Source: Geosiphon pyriformis uo1 (Eukaryota; Fungi; Glomeromycota). From it: 64,000 nucleotides of DNA. Numbering within the stretch: position 1 is the stretch's first letter; each line of letters begins with the position of its first letter. A program made the position numbers and the translations under genes. The stretch spans positions 186,001 to 250,000 of the forward strand of contig JAAOMT010000660.1 of the NCBI GenBank assembly GCA_016748015.1. The letters are read 5' to 3'. Of the stretch, positions 48,801 to 59,920 are shown piece after piece. The notes beneath the pieces are model-generated. The model saw only the letters and a list, made by a program, of their open reading frames with translations, searched no databases and had not been told where the DNA came from.

Positions 48801-51654
48801 TCTAAAGCATCTTTAATAACAGAACCAACAGCAAAAATAAGAGATTGTGTCATCATATCTCTTAAAACAGAAAAATTATCCCCATAGAAAACATTAAAAG
48901 TGCTATATACCAGAAAAATTCTGTCAAAAAAAATCTTAGAAAGGATCTTGCAAGCTGTTTCAATCAGAGCAATGGGATGGGTATTTGTAAGAACACTTTC
49001 CTATTTATAAAGTTTGGGAATCATTAAGACCAAAGCTTTTTTCTAAGACCTAAACACCAATTCACAAGTTAAACAAAAGTTCAAAGCACCAACAGCATAT
49101 TTAACACCAACTTGTCATAATGCTTTTACAACTTATTTGGGATGCCAGAGAGATTGGTTGCTTTCCCATTTAACAGATTTAAGACCACAGCAGACATTTC
49201 ATCAAACTCAATTGGACACATTATATTAGAAAAAGCATCATCAAAAACATAATCCAAAGGCTGATATTGGTGAGACCAATCATTAAAAATATCAGATACC
49301 ACTTTACACTTTCTAGTCCATTCTTCCATAATTAAATCTATCTTAGATTTAACTAAATCCGGCTCTAGTATCAATTCATTATCTACAATCAAATAATCCA
49401 GCACTATTTTATGAAAAGAATGCTCCAAAACACTTCTGATAGTGTAATCCTTGTCCAATTCAAAATTTTCCATTTTTTTTATTAACAGCTGCCTTGATGC
49501 AATACTCTTTTACACACTTAAACTTCAACATCTTAGAAGAGTGGTAAAACTTTTTTGCCTTAGTCAGAGCTAAGCAAATTGTGTCAAAATTAGATTCCAA
49601 AAGAAACAAAGATTTTACTGCCAATGTGTCAGCTGTGTCAAGTCCATCTCATGTATTCAATAGTGCTGCAAAATCTTTATTAGAAGCCAAACAAGAAGTT
49701 TTAACCAGCTTGAACACCAACAACTTCAGCCTATAAAATCTAGAAAACTCCTTGGTGAAAACTTCATCATAACTCTTAAACTATATCTTTCTGAATATCT
49801 CATTAGCTAAAAAAGTTATTATTTTGTGAATGACATCCCACATTGCATTCAGATCTGCAAACTTCACAGAAACTACAAACTTGCTAAAGAGCATTGCTGT
49901 ATTGGCTGCTGTAACATTTTTGAAATTGTTTTATTCTGTATTACCAGCACTCTTAAAATCAAATTTCTATCAATCCCTATTAGCTTGCTTGTGAATAGAG
50001 TTCAACTGTATATCCAAAAGCCCACCCAAACTTATAAATACAAAAATTGCTTGGTAATTAGTGTCAAAGTGTTTACTGACATTCATAATACTGCAATTTA
50101 TCACCACATTAACCAAATTTGAAAAAATAAACATGTAATCAATTGTCTTTTCTGAACTTCTTGAATTATTCCAAGTTGGAATCTTAGCACACAGACTTTC
50201 TGACAAAGAATTAACCAGTCCTAAATTAAGGCACTTCTTAAAATTTGCATATCTGCAGAAACCATTCTCATTAAAATTCCTACCCAATATAACAAAAGAT
50301 AACTCATTTACAATTTTAGCTATCAGAGAATTAATATTACCAGCCTAGAAAAAATAAACAGCCAAGGAAGCACCAGCATAAAGTCTTAGGATTGAAACAG
50401 AAAGTTTATTCTTGAAAAACAACTTGATAGAAAGAAGCTGACAAGACATTTCAGAAACTTTATACACATGATGAGCCAGAGAAGTGTTCATGATAATTGC
50501 CACTCTAGCACCAAAAAATCCCTTGTCTAACTCATATGAAAAAACTCTAATCCCATTGAACCTATTCTTAACCCATAGCCTACAATTAGACCTTAATTTT
50601 GTTTCTGTAACAATTAAAACCAAATTCCCAGAATCTCTATACCAACAAATAATGTCTTTCTGCTTAGAAAAAATATTAATACCATGAACATTACATATAA
50701 CAATCCTTTATACAAAATCACTCATTGGAAAGTAAGGGAAGCTGATGAACCCAAAACAGAACACAGGTAATCCAATCTCTCCAAACTGATTCAATTGACA
50801 CTTCTAAAGCCACCATTTTAGATTCTAATTTACTCATCTTGGTGGTTAAAACCTTAGAGCTGTTTGAGCTAAAATCAGCAACTGTGTCTACAATAACCAA
50901 AAGAGGAGGGGCAAAAAACATCAACATATCATTAAGAGTCATATCTAAATCCAAATTAAAGACCAAACATACTTGAGTGACTGAAGAAAATAAATGAAAT
51001 GCATTTACCAGGGGCACCAAATCAAAAAAGTTCAGCTTTTTTATGACAATAGAAACCTGATCTAACAAAAGCTCCAAAGAGCATTCTAAAGAAGCCAAAC
51101 AATCAATCAAACAAGAATCACCAAAAGAATTAGAAACCATTGAAATAGGTTTTGCACTTAACAACACACTAGCACCAAAAGAGTCTGATGAAATAGCATG
51201 AGCAGAAAAACCACCAGCAATCTAGACTCAAGTCTTGCCACTAAAAAAAACTGGACAAGCAATAAGTGTCTGTTTCTTTTTATAAATGTTGGCCAAGTAG
51301 ACACTATTTTGAGAAGTTATCATTTGCTTATTACAACCACCAGAATTTTTACCAGCCAAACATACATCAAAAATATGATTAAATTGTTTACACTTGGCAC
51401 AACAAGCCAGAGAAAAACCAGCTCAGCATAGATTCACACTTTTAAACACTAACAAAAAGCCAATAGCAGCATCTTTTAACTTCCCAGAATCAAAACAGAC
51501 AACAGCACATCTATCATGAATATATGTAACTGGATTATGGCCAATGATACAAGTTTTTCCACCATAAGATGCCAGCAATTCAAACAAATTATGTACAGTT
51601 GTACCAATTGGCAAAGTATAGAGCAAAGCCCTATAACAATTTTTGAATACCCAC
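45896..51654 (-). mobile_element. Second APE-RT-RNaseH LINE, decayed; ORF1 cut by Gypsy element A
   Basis: A-tail at ~45896-45915; RNase H VYTDGSL, AELQAIALAL, WHKIRGHS..N..AD; RT HDGLDQEE, VNDT; APE VTETKL, PTWNN...IDYMF. Collinear with the LINE at 25389-32248. Confidence 0.92.
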
Positions 51655-52165
51655 TGTTACTCATAGAAATATAGGAAATATATTAGCATGATTATTAGCC
51701 AATCAGAAGTAGGCATAGTAAATATGGAATTCTAGGATTCTTCTCAGGAATTGCAAGATTCCAGGAATTTCAGGATTCTTTGATGAGGAATTGCAGGATT
51801 TCAGGAATTTCAGGATTCCTTGATGAGGAATTACAGGATTCCAGAATTCCAGGATTCTTCTCAAAGGAATCACAGGATTCCAGGAATTCCAGAATTCCTG
51901 TTATGAAGAATTAAGGAATTGAGGAATTTCAATTATGTATATATAGCAGCAGGATTAGAAGCTGAAAAAACAGACCTCTTAGTTTAGATTTAATCTAAGC
52001 AACTCTCCAAATCACAAGCATCTAATAAATAACTATTTGTTATCTCAAACCTATTTCTACTATTAACACTTCATGTTAATAGTAATTAATACTTAACCAC
52101 ACTGGAACAATAACTCTTGATCATGGCTATTGATGGAATACTAACTTGCAAATCGCCTTGGCTTA

Positions 52166-52208
<43 letters not shown>

Positions 52209-52613
52209 CTTTTTTTGTCTTATTTGTATGGAGCAGCAACATAGTAAAATTGACTGTCTGAGAATAGACTTCGTAATAGCCTGGTAAAAAAAGGAAGCTC
52301 CCTCTAAGTTTTGGATATTAACATTATCTTGTTAGCTTACCAAAAAGGCAAAAAAACAATGCCAGACTCTAATGACTGTGTTCATAAGCTCGGAAAAGAA
52401 AGCTCACATTTATGAAAAACATTGCAATTGACGAAAAACAAACTCTGTGCCTTATAACCAAAGAACTCAATGGGTAAAATTCACATCCAGAAATAGATCT
52501 TCAGAGATTGATAATCAAGACTAAGTCAACAGAATTATGTGGAAGATGCATCATCAATAATTGAGAGCACCAAACATTACTATTTCCCATACTCACCAAG
52601 TTTATTCGTAACA
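51655..52613 (+). repeat. 5' LTR of element A (959 bp)
   Basis: TGTTAC...GTAACA inverted termini, CCAAT box (~51702), TATATATA (~51938), T-tract 52165-52216; related to A' LTRs. Confidence 0.9.
51727..51930. repeat. Tandem array in U3 built from CAGGAATT/CAGGATTC subunits (~40-bp higher-order unit)
   Basis: tgatgaggaatt(g/a)caggatt(t/c)caggaatttcaggattc repeated; decayed counterparts at ~34981-35070 and ~45607-45670. Confidence 0.85.
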
Positions 52614-52615
52614 TT

Positions 52616-52625
52616 TGGTACTCCC
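52616..52625 (+). promoter_or_regulatory. Primer-binding site of element A (TGGTACTCCC)
   Basis: TGG 2 nt after the LTR end; A' has TGGTGCTTT and B has TGGTGCTCTC at the same position. Confidence 0.8.
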
Positions 52626-52675
52626 TATAAGATTATAAATCTACAAAAACAGAGCACTCCCAAAAATACATAAAA

Positions 52676-55200
52676 GTGGTGACTATTAGAACAATAGGAA
52701 AGGATCACTTCTCATATGGAAAAACACTATTTCAATACTTTCGAAAAGACCTAGGAATACCAGCAGAAACTGCTTATGCAGAAAGTGATTTTTGTAACTA
52801 TATTAACGCAAAAATTGACTGCTTGTTAGACCACACAACTGATACAGGAAGACTTGGAGAACAAATCCATCAAAGCTTACTAGGGTACTCAACAGCCACA
52901 ACTACCCGAGCAATCGCTGAAACTCTGTACATAATCAATACAGACATTAAATATTATGTGGCACAACGATTCCCTCAAGTACAACAACCAGTGGAATTTG
53001 ATCTTGAGAAATACGAAAACGAATCCAACAACCCCATAACTGCCCAAGCCAAGTCTACAGTCAACAAAAAACCAAGGGTCTTCTCCCCAACAACTTCATC
53101 ATACCATCAGACACCCTAAAGTAGAATTGTATTCAACCCACCTCCAGAAACCCAGTCGGAAACACCACAAACTCCTGGAAATTCACACCCTTGGAATCAA
53201 CACAGTTGGACCAAATCACTAGGAGAATACGGATTGCTGTTTAGGAATCTTACCCCAGCAGCCAGTCAAACAGAAAGAAACCCGTCAACTTGGGAACAAT
53301 CACCAGCACAAAACTTAACAGAATTAACATCTCCTCTGACAGAAAAAACAGCTATTTTACAACCTATTGGTTCAAGTGACAAAGGAAAGCAACCAGCATT
53401 AGCACCCAGAGAACACTCAAATACATAGACACCAATCTCTTTAAACATAACCAATAACATCCCACCCATTAACTGGATCATGACTTACCGGGATATTGCT
53501 AAATTAGAAAAATTCTCTGGTGAAAAAGATAATGCATATTTTTGGATCGTGGACACCGAGAAAACAATTACTGCTAATGGTTGGAACAATGACCACACAA
53601 TTCAGGCACTGCCATTCTTTCTGACCGAAACTGCCAATTCGTGGTACCAAAGTCTGACAGAGAAGCCTACCTCTTTTACCGAGTTTAAACTCGCATTTCT
53701 GCAATACTTCTGTGACCCCAATACATTAATCTGATTGCAGAATCAATTCAGCATAATTAAACAAAAAGATCATAAAGCAGTAACTACTTATCTTGGATGA
53801 TTTAATCAAATCCTGCGTCAAATATTAGCTATCAAAAAAGACTACTACACTGTGGCACAAGTTTTTAATCAATTCATTAAAAGATTGTGGAATAATATTC
53901 TAAGATCCGTAAGACCCTGCCATCCGATCAGTTTACAAGATGCCATCGCTCTCACTTGCAATTTTGAGTCTGTAAAACAAGAAGCAAACCATACCTAAGC
54001 CATTAATTTAGCCATTAATGGAACCTCTGACATCGATGTAAAGATAACCCAATTGAGTGAGAAACTAACTCAGAAAATTGAGAGATTCTTAGCCGGAACT
54101 ACAGAAACTTACCAATCATCCCAACGGAGAGAAAATAACAACAACAGCAGATACCTACAGCAACAAAATCATCAGCAACAGCAACAACCTTGAAGATCCA
54201 ATCCCCACAACTGTTACTACTGCCAGAAACCTGGACACATCACCTGTGACTGCAGAAGGAAGATCATAGACCAAAATCAATGAAATCCATACCAGCAATT
54301 CAAATATCAGCAAAACATGATACCTCAATATTTTATACCTCAGAATCAACTGCCCCTATACGCACAACAAGTTCCGTACACTCAACTACTGTCCCAGAAT
54401 TATTATCAACCACTACCAATGACACAAGCAATCCCTCACTATCAAACTTCCGCTTACAGCCCATCCAGACCTTGAGCTATAGACTATAATTAGAGATGGA
54501 AGAATCCTAACAACAATCAGATACAAACCAACAGTGGACTATCTCGACCAATTGCTTGTGGTCCTGCCCAATCTTGACTAACACCAACTGGATACCCGAA
54601 TCAAGCTTCCTATTTTGGTCTTATGGAAGATCAGGATTTTGATAAATTTACACCTGTGAAAGGGAGAGATATAGAATGAATCTCCCAACCTTCCAAGCAA
54701 ACAAAAAGCAATATCCCACCAGCCACTATTACTGAAGACACCATCCTAGCCACCATATTTCCTTTTGACATTGATAATTTGAACACCTATAGTCTTTTTA
54801 GTGAAACAGCCATCAATCAGAATAAATCAATAATGGCCCTATACACCGATACCAGAGTCGGAGGAATAGACATTAAATTAATTCTGAATAGTGGATCAGC
54901 TGGTAGCATAATCATGAAGCAGCTTATGGACCAACTAAGTCGCCGAGTAGACCATGCTGCTACTGCTTGAATCATTACAGCGGATGGAAACACAAAAACC
55001 CCGATAGGAGAAATTGACAACTTCTCTTTCAAGATTAATGGAATCCAAATCCCTACCAAAGTACTTGTTATGGAAGCTACTCAATATCAAGCTCTAGTAG
55101 GAAACAACTGGTTGTCAAAAGCCAATGCTATTCTCGACTGGAACACCCAAGAACTTCAACTCACGTTCAACGGACAGCATGCCTAAGTCCCAGCTACATG
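52676..55200 (+). pseudogene. gag (N-terminal domain, capsid, CCHC) and aspartic protease of element A
   Basis: KFSGE...WI...A.GW...LPFFL..TA.SWY capsid; CYYCQKPGHITCDC at 54212-54253; LILNSGSAGSII (D>N) and ALVGNNWL protease motifs. Confidence 0.9.
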
Positions 55201-56242
55201 CAGACACTTTAAAACCCAACGTACCAAGAAACCCCTTATTGAATTCGAAGACACATCAATGCCACCTACTATCGAGACCTATCAGATTTTATGGGCGGAT
55301 GATTATCGAACTGAACTACCCCCACCACCAACCTGAGAAGAAAAAAAAAAAGGCAGAGCTGAAGAAAAACCCCAATTGTCATCACTAGGATACGTAACCT
55401 CAGACCAAAGAAACTTATTTTACCAACTCCCAAGACTAATATGTGTTAATTGTGGAAAAAAACTATCCACTATGAATGCATGTATCGGAGACAACAAAAA
55501 ATGGCCCACCGCCACCAAATACTATTGCAGACCTTGTTTACTAGAAAGATTTGGATGACCAAAATAACAAAGCAAGTGAAACAACATGCCATGCCTTACA
55601 TGTGGCAAAATCCTGCCAGATGAAGGACTCTGAAATGATGTGTCTGGCAGAGGAAGAACATGCAATGAGGCTTGTCAATACACCATATTAATCAATGATT
55701 AAGTACGAAAGGGAATCTTCATCGAGGATGTTTGGAAACGAACACTCAACAGGCTGGACAGTTATCCATACAATGACCACAAAATCTGGAGAATGGCAAG
55801 CGCCAAGGCCGAAAACATCATGCCTGAAGAAATACGAGAAATCAAGGACAACCCTTGGATGCCCGAATATAATAGACCCGACTACCCCAAGGATAATTTC
55901 TTTACAGATGACCTAGATGCATTTCAGAACTAATATTAGGAATTGGTCTCGACTTGCAAAGAACAAGAGCAAAAGTTGGCCAATTTGAATACCAAACTGT
56001 GCGATCACTGTTTGATTCCCTGTCACTTTCAGTACTGCAACAAATGTGATTTCATGTTCAATCTGCCTCCAAGAATACTGTTTCCAATCACCAAACTACC
56101 TGAGCCCAAAGAAGAGGTATTGATCACCAAGGACATGTCATTTCAAGATCCAACTGAAGATACCAAAACAGAACAGTATCTCACATATTCCAACCTATTC
56201 AAAGAACTAGAGCTAAAATGGTACAATAACAACAAGAAAAGA

Positions 56243-56640
56243 ATCTGCCCCAAAAGAGTGCATGACACCGATACCAGTTTTGACCTACAATAACCCGGAC
56301 AATCACTTATCATTATAGTTTCACATTCCTTCGTAAAAATAGATCTTAAAATAGTGTTAGTAATTTCTGTTAGTACAATGGTACAAGTTGCCTCTCGATC
56401 TAGTTTAGCCAAAAAAAGAATCAACATAAAAAGAGGAATCATCGATGCCGGTTACACGGGAAACATCATCATGATGCTACAAAACAATTTGGACAGACCC
56501 TACAAAATAGAATCACAAGAAAAAATTGTCTAAGTTATTTTCCTACCCCTAGTTAAAATACCCCAATTAACCCTAGTAACAACCCGAGAAGAGTTAGGTC
56601 TCATTGCCTGAGGAATCAACAGGTTTGGATTAAGTGGAAA
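56243..56640 (+). pseudogene. Trimeric-type dUTPase domain inside pol of element A
   Basis: All five motifs: DTSFDL, ASRSSLA, GIIDAGYTGNI, EKIV*VIF, *GINRFGLSG. Confidence 0.92.
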
Positions 56641-57214
56641 AGGAAACGTACCAGTTAATTTCACAGAGGAAGACAGTGACCAGGTAGAATTTATCAACAC
56701 TGACACTATCATCTCCATTCCTTCATACCGACAATACATCCTCAAGGTGAATCAAAAAATCCAAGATCAAGCCCTGTTATTTGAAGCCAGTCCCAAAATC
56801 TGTTCTCTAGCCGATGTTGCTAATCTATACCTACTGGCCAAAGTGCATAAACACTTCAAAATCCTCATCCACAACTCGACAGAAGATGTTATTGAAATCC
56901 CCGAAGGGACCCTCGTTAGTTCCATATTCACAAATATTCAGAGTTCTGAAAAACCTCAGTCCATTTCAGATTTTACACAATTATTCTTATTCTGTGATAT
57001 TACCTTACAAGTATAAAATTTGCCAAAAGAAAGTTACTTGTTTACACCAGAAGAGATTAATAAATTGAATTTAGGATATTTAAGTACTCTGCAACAAATG
57101 CAACTCAAAGTCTTTCTGAATCAGTATGCTGATGTCTTTGCCAGTGAAAATGAGTTCAGACGCACTGACATCGTAAAGCATCAGATTGATACGAGAGACA
57201 CTCAACCAATTAAG

Positions 57215-58463
57215 CAATGAGCTTACCACATACTCCCATCTGGCGATAACCTAATTAAGCAAGAAGTACAACGGATGCTTGATAATGGCCAAATCAAAGA
57301 ATTGTTAAGTCCTTGGTTCTCGCCAGTAGTCTTAGTCACCAAGAAAAATGGAAAAGTGCAATTCTGCGGTAATTATCAAAAACTAAATAGCGTCATGCAA
57401 GGAGATAGTTATCCCACTTCCCTCATTCAAGAAATTCTGAACAATCTAGGGAAAAAGAAATGGTTCTCATCATTAGATTTAGCAAGTGGTTACTGGCAAG
57501 TTGAAATGGACCCCAAAAACAAAAAAAAAACAGCATTTACCACTTGAGACAGAAACTTCGAGTTTAATGTAATGTCTTTTGGACTTTGTAATGCTCCTGC
57601 CACGTTTCAATGTCTGATGGATGTAGTATACAAAGAAATCCTTTGGAAATCAGTAGTAGTCTACTTAGATGACACAAACGTGTTCTCTGAAACATTTAAA
57701 GACTATCTGTTCCACCTGCAATAAGTCTTCGAATGCCTTTGTAGTGCTGAATTGAAACTTAATCCCGAGAAGTGTTCTTTGGAAAAACTGAGTTAAAATT
57801 CCTAAAACATGTAATCGGCAAAGACGGAGTTAAACTTTATCCAGATAAAGTACAAAAAGTCAAGAATTTTCTACCCCCAATCAACCTCAGAGAATTATAA
57901 GAATTTCTAGAATTGGCAGAATATTATCATTGATTTGTCAAAAGTTTCTTGAACATCACAAAACCACTCCATCAATTGTTGTTCAAATACATACCGTACT
58001 TGTAGAAGGAAGATCAACAGAAAGCATTCAACTATTTCAAGCAGTGATTGATCACATCCCAATTCGGATTTACCCAGATTTCACTAAATGGTTCATTGTC
58101 ACTACGGACGCCTCAAAAAATGCTCTAGAAGCAGTCTTATCACAGATAGGATTAGACAATAAAGAACACCTAGTTGCCTACGCTACTTGTAACACTAGCC
58201 CAATAGAAAAAAATTACAGCACAACTGATCTGGAATGTCTCGCTATTTATTGGGCCATACAGACTTAGAAACATTACCTCAGTTAACCATTTGACCTATA
58301 TACTGACCACAAAGGACTTATTTGGTTACTCAACAATCCACAACTAGAAAAAAAATATGCAAGATGAAGTACTTATCTGCAACAATTCTTATTCAAAGTC
58401 CATTACAAGGAAGAATCCAAGAACACCAATGCCAACAGTTTGTCGAGAATACTACAAACCTAA
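57215..58463 (+). pseudogene. Reverse transcriptase and RNase H of element A
   Basis: SPWFSPVVLV.KK, LDLASGYWQV, KTAF, M.FGLCNAPATFQ, VYLDDT; TDASK..L.AVLSQ, NYSTTDLECLAI, TDHK, NANSLSR. Confidence 0.95.
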
Positions 58464-58473
58464 TCCCAGACCC

Positions 58474-59840
58474 ATGGACACACTTACTTATCAATGACTA
58501 CATCAGTACCTATTGACACTACGTTTCAAGGAGATATTATCTCAACAAGAACAGAGTACCATACAAAAACAAGCCTGAAATTATTTTATTCAAGACAACC
58601 AACTATATCAACAAGAATGCCAAAACCACCCCAACTCACAACGACTAATCAAGGACAGTGAAAAAGAAACTATACTATATAGCATACACTTAGATCTGAC
58701 TGCAGGACACTTTAACAAAAACACTACCCTCAAAAAAACACTAAACTTATACTATTGGCCAACAATATACAAAGACATTTTCGAATATATGCTCAATTGT
58801 GATACATGCCAGCAAAGAGAAGGAGCAAGATCAACAGAACCACTTCAATTCATTCTAGTTGAAAATCCATTTGATAGAATCAGGATCGATTTGGTTGGAT
58901 CTTTTTCAATTACATCTCAAGGAAATTGCTATATTGCTATAGCCATAGATTATTTTACAAAATGGCCAGAAGCCAAAGCAATCCAAGTGGCCAATGCCAA
59001 AACAGTAGCCAAATTTGTGCATCAAGACCTAATTTGCTAACATAGATGTCTGAAAGAATTATTATCTGATCAGGGAACACACTTCGCTAATAATATGCTG
59101 ACTGAACTAAGCCAATAGTTTGGAATAAAGAGACCCTTATCGTTACCATACCACCCACAAATGAACGGACTGGTAGAATGATTTAACAGAACACTATGGA
59201 AGCACTAGCAAAAATAAGTCATGAAAACAGACAAGAATGTGACTTATTTATACCTTCTGTACTCTTTGCATACCAAACATTGAAACAAAATACAACTCAG
59301 TTCACACCATTCGAACTAGTCTATGGAAGAAAAGCTATGTTACTGATTGAACAAGTGATATTGTCATACCCAACAGAAACAATCAATGAAGAGAATTTTG
59401 AGACTACCTTATACCAAAAAACGTACCAGCTAATGCAAATGTTGGAAAACAATTGAAGAACAGCAGCTGACAATATTAGTCATGCTCAAGAATGACAAAA
59501 AGAAAGACATAATAAACACCTATCAGAACAACCAATGGAATTCAAAATTAGAGACCAAGTACTGTTACATTGTACAAAAGCTGAAAAACAGTAGAGTAGA
59601 AAGTTTGACTCAAAGTGGGACGGTCCATTCCACATACACAAAGCATTAGAAAATGGAGCTTACAAATTACGATTGGAAGACAAGATTTTAAAAAAAGTAG
59701 CACATAGAAATTGGTTAAAAATTTATCATGTAAAACAAGAATCATTGTCATCAGTATCTCAACTAGGAACACAAATTTCATTAATCAGACCAGAAGATAT
59801 ACCATGAGATCTGGAACCAATCATCATCATCAAAATGTAG
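58474..59840 (+). pseudogene. Integrase of element A (HHCC, DDE, GPF module)
   Basis: H..LTAGHF, CDTCQ, IDLVG, DYFTKWPEA, SDQG, YHPQMNGLVE, TPFELVYGR, KWDGPF, ends LEPIIIIKM*. Confidence 0.92.
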
Positions 59841-59920
59841 ACAATGGGCAGCAAATTAAATTGGAGAATTCAAATATATATAGCATCCGAAAAGCAGTAA
59901 GAAACAATAGAAATTTCAAC

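Noticed and set aside
59802-59807. ATGA stop-start coupling between IN and ORF3
   Set aside because: IN continues to LEPIIII, which is also present in A', so this TGA is probably a C>T decay product. ORF3 homology begins at 59921.
59540-59840. Chromodomain at the integrase C-terminus
   Set aside because: Only the GPF/SH3-like module is visible; no chromodomain motif.
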